Shown: positions 44,839 through 55,993 of the stretch, piece after piece
How the letters are laid out: each line of letters begins with the position of its first letter
Numbering within the stretch: the stretch's first letter is position 1
Made by a program: the position numbers and the translations under genes
DNA from: an uncultured candidate division Zixibacteria bacterium
GTDB taxonomy: Bacteria; Zixibacteria; MSB-5A5; UBA10806
Assembly: GCA_963817915.1 (NCBI GenBank)
Contig: CAWFQL010000018.1
Location: forward strand, 50,965 to 114,964
Length of the DNA: 64,000 nt
Reading direction: 5' to 3'
The notes under the pieces: model-generated
The model's database searches: none
Told to the model about the DNA's origin: nothing
The model's input: only the letters and a program-made list of their open reading frames with translations

Positions 44839-46434
44839 CTAGTCAGACACAATAATCTTGCGATCCACAACGATCTTATACCTTTTTACTTTGTTTGCCA
44901 GACCTTTGGGTGTTAGGCCCAATACTCGCGATGTTCGAAAGACGTTTCCCTTATTTTCTGTCAGCGCTTTTTTAATTATGGCTTTTTCAACATTCGCGAC
45001 GGCGTCTTTTATCGTACCGTTAAATTCACTCATGCCTGTTGCTTCAGCTGCAAGAGCGGCGAGACCGGGCGATAGATCACTGCAATCAATGATTCCGCTT
45101 GAGCTACAAGCGACGGCCGCCCGCTCGATTTCACTCTCTAACTCCCGGACATTGCCAGGCCAGTTGGATTTCACCAGAACGTCAAGTGCTCCAGGCGTTA
45201 TGGACAATTTTCCCCGGCAAAGCTTTATCCCGATCTTTCTCATGAAATGATTCACCAATAAAGGGATGTCTTCCCGGCGTTCACGAAGCGGTGGGAGATC
45301 GATCATGAATGTATTGAGACGGTAAAACAAATCATCACGGAATCTCTTAGATGCCATTTCCTCCTGAAGATTCTTATTAGTGGCCGAGATAACGCGAACA
45401 TTCACCCTTTCGGTTTTAGTTGATCCAAGAGGTCGTATCTCCCCGTTCTGAATTACTCTTAAAATCGCTGCTTGAATTGACAATGGGGCATCTCCTATTT
45501 CATCTAAGAATATCGAGCCCCCATCGGCTTCTTTGAATAAACCTATCTTGTTTCTAATCGCTCCGGTGAACGAGCCTTTCATGTGTCCGAAAAGCTCCGA
45601 TTCAAGTAAGGTCTCCGTCTTAAATCCACAATTGATGACGACAAACGGCTTATTCCTTCGCTCGCTGTTAAAATGAATCGCTTTAGCGACAAGGTCCTTG
45701 CCGGTTCCTGTTTCCCCGGTGATCATTATAGGAGAGTCGATGACGCTATATTGGGACGCCAGCATCAGGGCTTTTTTCATGACAGCTGATTTACCGATGA
45801 TATTTTCAAATGCCAGAATATCGCTTATCTCGCTTTTCAATCGGAGATTTTCCTGTTTCAGCTTCTGCTTCGAGATATTCAGCAGTTCATTTGCTCCAGT
45901 CAAATCTTCCAGAAGCTTGACATTAGCCAAAACCTGCGCCGATATAGGTATTAGGATTTCCATGAGATAGCAGTGTTTTTCTTCGAATGGCTGCTTGTTA
46001 CTGCTTCTTATCAATGTCATCAGTCCAATTGTCTTACCGCGCACAATCATCGGATAACAAATAATCGATTTATACTTCCCTTTGCTGGAATCAATTTCCT
46101 TGAATCGGCTGTCGTTGTCAAGGTCGTCGATTTTGAGCATTTGCTTGTTATTGAGTACCCACCCCAAAAGCTGAGTGCTGATTGTGTAGGGAATGTCCTC
46201 GCGATTCTGACTATGGACTCGGATAATGGTCGATAGATCCTCTGCTGTCGAATCAGGTATAAAGCTTATAACCCCTTGGTCTGAGTCTGTCCTGGCTACG
46301 AGCTCCGCAACCATGGTGTTCATGATAAGGTTTGATTCCCTAATCCCACAAATCTTGGCCATTATATTGACGGCGAACGCGAAATCGTCAGGAATTCTAC
46401 TGGAACTTGGATTTTCCGAATTATGATTATTCAC
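44839..46434 (-). CDS. Sigma54-dependent enhancer-binding protein (GAF-AAA+-Fis HTH)
   Basis: N-terminal GAF; GETGTGKD; ESELFGHMKGSFTGA; FLDEIG; WPGNVRELE; C-terminal HTH. Confidence 0.93.
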   Translation of the reverse strand: MNNHNSENPSSSRIPDDFAFAVNIMAKICGIRESNLIMNTMVAELVARTDSDQGVISFIPDSTAEDLSTIIRVHSQNREDIPYTISTQLLGWVLNNKQMLKIDDLDNDSRFKEIDSSKGKYKSIICYPMIVRGKTIGLMTLIRSSNKQPFEEKHCYLMEILIPISAQVLANVKLLEDLTGANELLNISKQKLKQENLRLKSEISDILAFENIIGKSAVMKKALMLASQYSVIDSPIMITGETGTGKDLVAKAIHFNSERRNKPFVVINCGFKTETLLESELFGHMKGSFTGAIRNKIGLFKEADGGSIFLDEIGDAPLSIQAAILRVIQNGEIRPLGSTKTERVNVRVISATNKNLQEEMASKRFRDDLFYRLNTFMIDLPPLRERREDIPLLVNHFMRKIGIKLCRGKLSITPGALDVLVKSNWPGNVRELESEIERAAVACSSSGIIDCSDLSPGLAALAAEATGMSEFNGTIKDAVANVEKAIIKKALTENKGNVFRTSRVLGLTPKGLANKVKRYKIVVDRKIIVSD

Positions 46435-46733
46435 TGCTTCTTACCCTTAATAAGCCTCACAAATTAAAATTGGGAGTTAGATATGCCGCTGTCAAGGGAA
46501 ACGTTCAGCAACTGTTGTCGGGCCAGTAGCCCCCAATAAGGGTAGTTTGTTCTTTCCCGATATACTTTGTTCCATAATTGGGCGTTTTTTTCGCTGCGGA
46601 CACGATCGAAGGTTTCAATCAATTGTATGAGATTGACGGAGCGACGAAATAAAGATAAATTATAAAAGCCGGAAGCAGTACGATATGTCCAATTGCAAAT
46701 ATTAAAAACCGGCAGCCTTAATGCGGAGATTAT

Positions 46734-49313
46734 TTGAAAGATCATAATGGAAAATCCTGTTCGGAGCTGACCGAAGGCACAAAGGTCGGTAAATATCTGC
46801 TTGTTAATAAAATAGGCTCTGGCGGCATGGGTGATGTATACCTTGCCGAGGATACTGATCTAAATCGTAAGGTTGCCCTCAAATTCCTGTCGTCATCTCT
46901 AGCCTCTGATATTGATTGCAAGGCACGCTTTATACGTGAAGCTCAGGCGGCGGCCAAGCTTAATCATCCTAACATTATCACAATCCATGAGGTCAGTGAA
47001 TTCCGAGGGCGGCCGTTCTTCGCTATGGAGTATGTCGAGGGAGACTCCCTTAGGGACATTAGCAAGAAGCAAGACCTAACCCAGGCGCAAGTCATTGATA
47101 TTGCTATTCAAATATGTGACGGTCTTCAGGAAGCTCACGCGGCCGGGATTATTCACCGCGATATTAAGCCTTCCAATATTCTCGTAGATCAAAATAATCG
47201 CTGCAAATTACTTGATTTCGGCCTAGCGCTTGTACGAGGCTGCGATCCTTTGACCAAGGATAAATCGACCTTGGGGACTGTCAGCTATATGTCACCGGAA
47301 CAAATCCTGTGCAAGGAAATCGATAACAGGGCAGACATTTTTTCATTTGGTATTGTTTTGTATGAATTACTTAGCGGAGACCTTCCGTTCAAAGGTGAGC
47401 ATGACGCCGGCATGATGTACTCGATCGTAAATGGCGACCCTATTCCCTTACAGAATATTATGCAGGATGTTCCGTCGGAGCTTGATGGTCTAATCAACCG
47501 TTTGCTGCAGAAATCACCAGATGATCGTTTTCAGTCAATGGCTGATGTGGCACATGAGTTGAGAAGGATTAGAGGCGATACGTCGGCTTCTGATTTGTCC
47601 TTAAAATTGAGACCAACAAAACCTCAAATGCGGTTTATCAGAAGTAGAGTCTTTCGCATTGCTGCTGCGGTGGTTATCATTGGCATAGCGCTGTCGGCAT
47701 ATTTCTTCAGCCCACTTAGTTCATCGAAATCTACACTAAAACGCGTGGTTGTCGCGCCATTTGAAAATAAAACCGGAGACTCTTCCCTTGATCCGTTTGG
47801 ACGGATGATCGCTGATTGGACTACTCAGAGTCTTCTGCAGACTGGGCTGGCCGAAGTCATTCCACCGGAGAACTTGACTGAGTTGGAAAATCCTCAAAGC
47901 ATCCGTTTGATTGCCCATGAAACAAATGCAAACGCAATAGTTGTAGGTTCTTATTATAAAATTGGTCGGACAATCCAGATTCAGGCGAAAGTAATGGATG
48001 CCAATGAAAAACTCTTGCTCGCGATTAACCCCGTGGCAGTCCCGGCCGAGAAAATGATGGATGCGCTTGATTCCGTGACCTATGAAGTGAGGGGAGCCCT
48101 TGCATTTGTATTCGATGAACGTTTAGAAGAACTTAAGATATACTTTCCAAAGCCTCCAATGTATGAAGCTTATCGCTCATATATCATTGGTCTTGATCTG
48201 TTCACGAATAACTCAGGGTCCCAGGGAATTGAATACTTCAACCGAGCTTACTCTTTGGATACAACTTTTTATTTCCCACTCATGTATACTTTTTATGTTT
48301 ATTATAATGTAGGTCAGTTTGCACGGGCTGATTCCGTCCTGCGATTTATAGACTTAAGGCGTGATCGTCTTAGCTCCCTTCAACAATTGATTCTAGACTT
48401 ATATATCAATACGATGTCCGGCGATCTTGATAAGGCTTTAATCGCGGCCCGTGAGGTCGCCAGGATTTCGCCGAATCCCGGCCCCCTGTATGATTTGGGT
48501 CGGACAGCATTCATTGCAAATCGTCCACGGGAGGCAATTGATGTCTTCAAGAGAATCGATACGGAAGATTGCTCGATGAGAGGCTGGGTTGCATATTGGC
48601 ATTACTTCGCTCTTTCTTATCATATGCTTGGGGACTTTAGGAAGGAGCTTGAAATAGTCAAAAAGGCTCGCAAACTTTATCCCAATAATATTTTGGCCCT
48701 GAGTGATGAGATGCTGGCTGTTGCCGCCCTGGGAAAGATTGACCGAGTTAGAAGCTGTTTGCAGGAGTATGCCGCGCTTTCGAAACAGGAAAATACCGAT
48801 CAGGGAAGCTTTATGATTAAAGCTGCTTCTGAATTGAGGGCTCACGGGTATGAAGATAGCGCCATGGTGATTCTTAACCTGGCAATTCGTTGGTATGAAA
48901 GCCGTACACCCGATGAGCTGAAGCCCTTGAGAAACTCTTATGCCGCATCATTATATGGGGCGCGTCGGTGGGATCAGTCAAAAATAATATTTGAGGAGCT
49001 TGCAAAGGAATCTCCGGACGTCTGGGAATATCGGGGATGGATCGGTCTGACCGCAGCGAGATTAGGCGATCGCGAAAAAGCATTGGAAATTTCCGAGTGG
49101 CTGGGCACCATTAAGCAGCCATATCTTTTTGGGGGTAATACTTATTATCGCTCATGCATAGCGGCAATCTTAGGGGATAAAGAAGAAGTCGTTACGCTTC
49201 TCAGAGAGAGCCTGTCGCAGGGGTACAGCTATTTCCAAACACATTTTGATATGGATTTTGAATCTTTGAGGGATTACCCCCCATTCATTGAATTGATGAA
49301 ACCAAAAGGCTGA
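46734..49313 (+). CDS. Membrane Ser/Thr protein kinase with TolB-N/CsgG-like and TPR sensor region, paralog 2
   Basis: Same motifs as 42233-44815; kinase domain nearly identical, sensor region diverged. Confidence 0.92.
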   Translation: MKDHNGKSCSELTEGTKVGKYLLVNKIGSGGMGDVYLAEDTDLNRKVALKFLSSSLASDIDCKARFIREAQAAAKLNHPNIITIHEVSEFRGRPFFAMEYVEGDSLRDISKKQDLTQAQVIDIAIQICDGLQEAHAAGIIHRDIKPSNILVDQNNRCKLLDFGLALVRGCDPLTKDKSTLGTVSYMSPEQILCKEIDNRADIFSFGIVLYELLSGDLPFKGEHDAGMMYSIVNGDPIPLQNIMQDVPSELDGLINRLLQKSPDDRFQSMADVAHELRRIRGDTSASDLSLKLRPTKPQMRFIRSRVFRIAAAVVIIGIALSAYFFSPLSSSKSTLKRVVVAPFENKTGDSSLDPFGRMIADWTTQSLLQTGLAEVIPPENLTELENPQSIRLIAHETNANAIVVGSYYKIGRTIQIQAKVMDANEKLLLAINPVAVPAEKMMDALDSVTYEVRGALAFVFDERLEELKIYFPKPPMYEAYRSYIIGLDLFTNNSGSQGIEYFNRAYSLDTTFYFPLMYTFYVYYNVGQFARADSVLRFIDLRRDRLSSLQQLILDLYINTMSGDLDKALIAAREVARISPNPGPLYDLGRTAFIANRPREAIDVFKRIDTEDCSMRGWVAYWHYFALSYHMLGDFRKELEIVKKARKLYPNNILALSDEMLAVAALGKIDRVRSCLQEYAALSKQENTDQGSFMIKAASELRAHGYEDSAMVILNLAIRWYESRTPDELKPLRNSYAASLYGARRWDQSKIIFEELAKESPDVWEYRGWIGLTAARLGDREKALEISEWLGTIKQPYLFGGNTYYRSCIAAILGDKEEVVTLLRESLSQGYSYFQTHFDMDFESLRDYPPFIELMKPKG

Positions 49314-49617
49314 TTATCCCGATCACAAGATTTATATAGCGAGATTATCCCTGTTAAATTTTATTTTTATCGTGCTGATGAGTGTCATGAGTCCGATAAT
49401 TTCACTACCAAAGATCATCCCGTAGCCAAGAATTGATTTAAATTTACTTTCGAGAGAGTTAAATTCCCGAAATTACGTCTCTCGATCAAGATCATCAATT
49501 TTGAGCTTGCTCTTGTTATTCAAGACCCAGCCAAGAATTTAAGCTCTTATTATATAGGAGATATCTTCACTATTATGTCTGTGGACACGAATAATAGCCG
49601 ATAAATCTCCGGACCAA

Positions 49618-49825
49618 GGTAGTAAGTTCGCGCTTAAGGTACTTAGTACCGTAATCAAATTTTGTCCAATGCCACATTCAAATAGCTAACACTAAGAGTA
49701 TGAATATGTTGTGAGCATATGGGCCAATGCCAAAAAGCGGTATGAATTATGTATACTATTTAAGTAGCGCGACTTTTTCCGATCGAAGCATTCTGCGAAT
49801 TAAATTGGATGGCAACTAAATAGAA
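49618..49825 (+). promoter_or_regulatory. Candidate enhancer sites and imperfect sigma54 promoter for the secreted-protein array
   Basis: GGTAGTAAGTTCG (49618) and palindrome GGTACTTAGTACC (49638) 20 bp apart; TGGCAACTAAATAGAA (49810-49825) has the -24 GG but GA instead of GC at -12. Confidence 0.4.
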
Positions 49826-49854
49826 TGCAGAACCAGGAGTTCAAAAGGACAATT

Positions 49855-50145
49855 ATGAAAAGCCACAATAAAACTTCGGAAAAGAAGCAAAATTCATTTT
49901 CAGGCCTTAACGATAATAAGATTGAGCTCAACATCACCAAGCCCGGTGAAATCAGACTTAGTATCTTCGATTCAATGGGTAAATCCATCTACCAATGGAC
50001 AGGATATGCTTTCAAATCCGGGGCAACCTCGATTAGATGGAACTACAAGGACAACCAAGGAAATAACCTGCCACCCGGGGCCTATTCTTACACAATCCAA
50101 TCTCCCGACGGAAATTCAAACGGGAAAATTACACTTCATAAATAA
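49855..50145 (+). CDS. Stand-alone FlgD-Ig / sorting-domain-like small protein
   Basis: IRLSIFDSMGKSI...WNYKDNQGNNLPPGAYSY pattern; RBS aagga; no signal peptide. Confidence 0.7.
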   Translation: MKSHNKTSEKKQNSFSGLNDNKIELNITKPGEIRLSIFDSMGKSIYQWTGYAFKSGATSIRWNYKDNQGNNLPPGAYSYTIQSPDGNSNGKITLHK

Positions 50146-50198
50146 GACAAAATTATGGATGCGAAAAAAAATATAAAGATTGAAAAGAGGATAAAAAA

Positions 50199-52370
50199 AT
50201 GAATGGATCGTTAAAGGTTTACTTGGTCGCTGCGGCATTCGCAGTAGTGCTATTTAACTTAACGGTTGCAAATCCGGCTTCGGCCCAGAATGTTGAATTT
50301 GTTTCCTCGACGCTCTGGTCTGCGTACAACGATGTTAAAGTTATTAATAATTACGCCTTCTGCGCCTGCGAATATGGATTAAAGATATTGGATATATCAA
50401 ATCCTGCCATGCCGTCACATGCAGGGCAGTTTTCTTATCGGGGATGCAATGCGATTGACGTTCTTGGCGATTATGCCTACATTGCTGCAGGTGATTCAAG
50501 TCTTCAAATAATAAACATCTCCAATCCGGCCGACCCGATATTGACGGGGAATTTCAATACTTCCGGGCACTCCAATGATGTTATTGTTTATGGAAATATT
50601 GCCTATGTGGTTAACGGTGAATCCGGACTACAAATCATCAGCGTTGCGAATCCGGCAAATCCAACATTGATTGGAAGCTACGATACACCAGGGGCGGCGT
50701 TAAATGTATTTTTGGAAAATAATTATACCTATATAGCCGATGGCAATTCCGGACTTCAAATAATCGACGTCGCCAATCCGTCCAGCCCGGTATTTGCCGG
50801 AAGTTGCAGCCTATCATTTTATTCTCAAGATGTTTATGTCACCGAGAATTACGCATATGTTGTCGGGAGTGGCAGAGGTGGGGCGCTCGGCATAATAGAC
50901 ATTTCCACTCCAGCAAATCCCATACTTAATGGAAGCTGCTATACTATTAGAGCTTTTGGCGTTATTGCATATGGTGGTTACGTTTACATATCTGGTGAAC
51001 AGCTTCTTGGCGGATATCCGTTTCCTAGGCATGTCGGTGGAGGCCTTGAAATATACGACGTCAATGACGCTTCTAATCCGCAACTATATGGCAGCTATTA
51101 TTATGATTCCCGGGGATCAACAAATCACGCATTTATTTCCGACAATTACGCCTATCTGACGGACAACGCATCTGGCTTCCGCGTCATGAACATTTCCGAT
51201 CCTGCCAATCCAACGCTGGCTGGAGGATATTATTGCCAGGCAGTTAACAACATCTACATCTCTGACAATTACGCTTACGTGGGAAGTGAATATTTGGGAT
51301 TTTTTATTGTTGATATAGCAGATCCCACCCGTCCGCTTTTGGCGGGAGTCTATGAGGATTCCATTCAGGACGTTTTTGTTTCGGGAAGCTATGCTTATAC
51401 GGTATACTCAGAAAGGTCTGCCGGTCATCTTGAAATTATTAATATAGACAATCCCAGCTCTCCGATATTTGCCGGAAGGTATGATATTCCCGGGCATTTC
51501 CTGGGATTCTACGTTTCTGGTAATTATGCTTATATAACTTGGGAAAATTCATCTTATTCAAAGCATTTTGAAATCATAAACATTGCAGACCCGGCCAATC
51601 CTTCTCTAGTAAGCAGATTCGGTCGAGGACTCGACGTTTTTATTTCGGGCCATTATGCCTATGTACCGGATGGTTTTAATGGCCTTAAGATAATCGATGT
51701 CAGCAATCCGATTAATCCTGTCTTAACAGGATGCTACGACACTACAGGATATGTCTACAGCGCATTCGTCTCCGGAGAATATGCTTATATCCGCGACCGA
51801 TCGTTTGGACTACAAATCATTAGCGTCGCCGATCGAGCTCATCCTACATTAATCGGAAGTTATAACATTCCCGATTCCGGTCAGCGCATCTATGTCTCTG
51901 GTAATTTCGTATATTTAACCAATACCGACGTCCAGATTATAGACGTTTCTGACCCGGCTAATCCTGCATTGGTAAGCAATATTGTTACGCCTGGCATCGC
52001 CAAAGATGTTGCTGTCTCTGGTGATTATATTTACGTGGCAGATTGGGGATCGCTTCAGGTTCTTCGATTCACACCAACAGGAATTGAAGATAGTGATATG
52101 CTACCCGGCCATTTCTCCCTCTCCCAAAACTACCCCAACCCCTTTAACGCCCAGACCACAATTCAATATTCTTTGCCGTCGCAATCGGAAATCTCTATCG
52201 ACATCTATGACATCCTCGGTCGCAAAGTAGAGAGGCTTGTAGAGGGAGTAAAGCCAGCAGGGAATCACCAGGCTACATGGGATGCTGGCGATCAGGCGTC
52301 GGGGATTTATTTCTATAGAATCAAGGCCGGCGATAAAGTCGAGACGAAAAAAATGATGATGATGAAGTAA
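50199..52370 (+). CDS. Secreted LVIVD-repeat protein with C-terminal YPNPFN sorting domain
   Basis: Signal peptide; more than 12 repeats of V.V.G.YAY.....[24 protein letters not shown]. Confidence 0.9.
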   Translation: MNGSLKVYLVAAAFAVVLFNLTVANPASAQNVEFVSSTLWSAYNDVKVINNYAFCACEYGLKILDISNPAMPSHAGQFSYRGCNAIDVLGDYAYIAAGDSSLQIINISNPADPILTGNFNTSGHSNDVIVYGNIAYVVNGESGLQIISVANPANPTLIGSYDTPGAALNVFLENNYTYIADGNSGLQIIDVANPSSPVFAGSCSLSFYSQDVYVTENYAYVVGSGRGGALGIIDISTPANPILNGSCYTIRAFGVIAYGGYVYISGEQLLGGYPFPRHVGGGLEIYDVNDASNPQLYGSYYYDSRGSTNHAFISDNYAYLTDNASGFRVMNISDPANPTLAGGYYCQAVNNIYISDNYAYVGSEYLGFFIVDIADPTRPLLAGVYEDSIQDVFVSGSYAYTVYSERSAGHLEIINIDNPSSPIFAGRYDIPGHFLGFYVSGNYAYITWENSSYSKHFEIINIADPANPSLVSRFGRGLDVFISGHYAYVPDGFNGLKIIDVSNPINPVLTGCYDTTGYVYSAFVSGEYAYIRDRSFGLQIISVADRAHPTLIGSYNIPDSGQRIYVSGNFVYLTNTDVQIIDVSDPANPALVSNIVTPGIAKDVAVSGDYIYVADWGSLQVLRFTPTGIEDSDMLPGHFSLSQNYPNPFNAQTTIQYSLPSQSEISIDIYDILGRKVERLVEGVKPAGNHQATWDAGDQASGIYFYRIKAGDKVETKKMMMMK

Positions 52371-52420
52371 GGCGATATTGATAGATAGTGATTGAAATAT
52401 TATTTCCCTGGAGGTTTCAA

Positions 52421-54382
52421 ATGCCAAGATGCTACTGTTTAGTGATTGTGTTAGTACTGCTCTGACTCGAGGCGCCGCTGTATGGCGGCAATTATGGATC
52501 GGGCGAAAAGCAAAAACTACTGCTCGCAGGTGAAAGCGTTGCCGGTCAAAAAATTACTTCTGAAAATACCGACCCGGATAACCCGATCCTTCTCAGCGGC
52601 GATTGTTCCGATTATATCGATCTATCCGGGCAATCCCTGCCCATCTTGGCAGTTGGCACAACTGTAGGAGCCACTAATAACTATGGGCCATTCCCTATCA
52701 CAGCCTCCTTCCTGGCACGGTTTGCGGTGGTATCCAGGCGCATGTGGAGGACCGGATAAGACCTATAAATGGACGGCGCCTGCCGATGGGTTCTACACGA
52801 TCTCACTCCTTGGAAGCTCTTATGATACCGGCTTGCTGCTATACAACTTCACTTGCCCGAGCCGAACCCTTTTATCCTGAAGATTTTATTGCTGGAAACG
52901 ATGACGTCTGGGGTATGCAATCTGAATTGTTTTGCCAGGAGTTTTCTGCCGGGCAGGAGATTCTGATTGTCGTTGATGGGTATGACAATAGCTATGGCAA
53001 TTATCAATTACGCATAAAGAATGCACCATCGCCGCGCGATCCCGATTCATTTATTACCTCGATCATGCAAACAGAGCATATCCCCGGGTTGTCAGCCTGT
53101 GCCATATCTGACGGTGAGGTAATTTGGTCTGGAAACTACGGACATGCGAATATCGCTCAAGATATCGAACCTACAGATTCCACCATCTATGTATTATGTT
53201 CGATTTCGAAAACCTTTGTCGCCGTGGCATTAATGCAGCTCTGGGAAGATGGTTTGTTTGGATTGGATGATGACATCAGCCAATATCTTCCTTGGGAAGT
53301 ACACAATCCATATTATCCCTCTTCTCCTATCACCTTCCGGATGCTGATGACTCATACTTCTGGGATTATTGATAATTGGAGTATGCTTAATCAGCTGTTA
53401 CACTTGGGGTGGCGATTCTCCTATTCCGCTGGGGGAATTCCTGATGAATTATCTAACTCCTGAGGGATCCTATTATTCTGGGGCCAACTTCGGCAATTAT
53501 TTGCCCGGCACGGTTTACAATTATGGCAATGTGGCAACTGCACTGGCGGCATACTTAGTCGAGAAGATCAATCCCGATTCTCTGTCGTTTGAAGATTACT
53601 GCCAACGTTCAATTTTCTCGCCGCTCGGCATGAATAACAGCTCCTGGTTCCTGGGCAATTTGGACCTGGATGATATCGCCGTCCCGTACTATTGGAGTGG
53701 CGGCAATTATAATTCAATTCCGCAACGCGGCCAGCCCTGGTATCCATGCGGTTCACTCAAGACGAGCACCAATCAACTGGCCCACTACTTGATCGCTATC
53801 ATGCAGCATGGTCAGTTTGAAGGCGCTAGAATCCTGGACAGTACTACAGTAGAAATGATCACTGCTATTCAACTTCCCGATGTCGAACCCAATACGGGAT
53901 TATTCTGGGTCACATATAGACCCGGTAATAGAGAAGCTTGGGGGCATAACGGAGAATGGAGCGGTTACAGAACCCAAATGTGGTATAGCCCGGCGGAAAA
54001 TACGGGCGTCATTGTCCTGACCAATGGCATGCCTAACTTGGGTCACTGGTATATCACGCAGGGGCTTTTTGAATATATCTCGTACCGTACAGAGGTCTCG
54101 GAATCATCATCGGCTCCAAATCAAATCACCCTCTCCCAAAACTACCCCAATCCCTTCAATGCCCAGACCACGATAAAATACTCGTTGCCATCCCCATCCG
54201 AAGTCTCAATCGATATTTTCGATATTCTCGGCCGCAAAGTTGAAAGACTTATAGAGGGAATGAAACCCGCTGGCTACAATCAGGCAGTATGGGATGCCAG
54301 CGATCAGGCATCGGGGATGTATTTCTACCGAATCAAGGCCGGCGACAAGGTCGAGACGAAAAAGATGATGCTGATGAAATAA
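52421..54382 (+). pseudogene. Secreted class C beta-lactamase-family serine hydrolase with N-terminal beta-sandwich and C-terminal sorting domain; disrupted as sequenced
   Basis: RBS ggagg-ATG 52421; in-frame TGA at 52463; +1 shifts near 52695, 52860, 53399; SxxK (CSISK), YxN (YGN), HNG motifs. The breaks may be assembly errors. Confidence 0.75.
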
Positions 54383-54460
54383 GATTTAATCTGTCCGGGC
54401 AGGCGCCCCGACAGCACTCGAAATATATATTATGATAACCCGAAGCAATTGGAGCAAAAG

Positions 54461-55736
54461 ATGAAAAGAATTGCTATGATTTTATTTGCTGTAATTTGGC
54501 TGCTGCCAGTATCGGCAGTCCTTGGCCAAACAACATGGGAAAAATATCCCGGCAATCCGATTCTTGAACCCGGACTTCCGGGATCATGGGATGAAATGAC
54601 TCTAGTTAGTTGTGTAATTTTCGAAGATAACTATTATAAAATGTGGTACATCGGGTATGATGGATCAACGGTTCGTATTGGTTTTGCCAGTTCGCCGGAT
54701 GGAATCCGCTGGACTAGAGCCGATAGCGTCAATCCCGTTCTGGACGTTGGGCCGGCTGGTTCATTCGATGATGAAGGCGTAACATTCTCCCTGGGTCATT
54801 CACGATGGAGATATCTACAAGATGTGGTACTCGGGTTATGACGGAGTCGGATCCCATACTGACCGCATAGGATATGCAACATCGCGCGATGGGATCTCCT
54901 GGCAGAAGGCTGATAGTATCAATCCGGTTATGGGCTATGGCCCGGCATCGTGGGAAAGCCGAGGCGTTTGGGGCTCCCGGGTCCTGTTCGATGGTCAGGT
55001 TTATAAGATGTGGTACGCCGGTTATAATAATGTTAATGTTCGTATCGGTTACGCTACTTCAATTGACGGCACAACGTGGGTCAAGGAAGAAAGCGCTAAT
55101 CCTGTTCTGGATATTGGAGCCTATGGCACCTGGGAAGATTCCGAGGTCAATGACCCGATGGTAATATTTGCCAATTCCACCTATTATATGTGGTATTTGG
55201 GTAATGATTACCACGGGGCGAGAGGATGTATCGGATATGCAACTTCGCCCGACGGCATTACTTGGGAGAAAGCAGATTTAACAAACCCTGTCCTGCAGCC
55301 GGGACCTTTCGGTTCCTTCGATGATCTTTGTGTCAGGAGTCCATTGGTGTTTATCGAAAATAACATTTACAGAATGTGGTATGTCGGTATTAGCCACGAT
55401 ATAATTTGGGGAACAGGATATGCTACTGATTCGTCTATGACATCAATAGAAAACAATGATCTTTTTATACCGAATCAATTTTCCCTCTCCCAAAACTACC
55501 CGAACCCCTTCAACGCCCAGACCACGATTCAGTATTCTTTGCCAATTCAATCGGATGTTTCAATTGACATCTATGACATCCTCGGCCGCAAGATAGAGAC
55601 CCTCGCAGAAGGAATGAAACCGGCGGGAAATCATCAAGCGATCTGGGATGCCGGCGATCAGGCATCGGGGATGTATTTCTACAGAATCAAGGCAGGCAAT
55701 AAAATTGAGACGAAAAAGATGATGCTGATGAAATGA
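54461..55736 (+). CDS. Secreted five-bladed beta-propeller glycoside-hydrolase-like protein (GH32/43/130-like fold) with sorting domain; +1 frameshift near 54786
   Basis: Five repeats of NPVL..G..G.WD....P.V...Y.MWY.G....IG.A.S.DG..W; YPNPFN tail. Confidence 0.8.
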
Positions 55737-55993
55737 TTGTTTATAAAGATTCCTTCTTGACAGATATTAAAAAAGTAATATCTTTATACTACATTGATTT
55801 GCAGGCTTCCCCAGGCTGCAGATATCGAAAATCTAATATCAATCACAAACGGCTCTAGAATGAAGATTGTCTATGAAAAGAGCCTTAGTCATTTGTCGAA
55901 TACAACAAGGATATTTATGCCTATTTTTCAAGGCAGCATAGTCATTCGTGTGCGCAAACAAGAGAATATTACTCGGAATAATTGGAGGAAGAG

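Noticed and set aside
52463..52465. Selenocysteine or recoded TGA
   Set aside because: It lies in a signal peptide, no SECIS-like hairpin is evident, and TGA is used as a normal stop elsewhere in the window.
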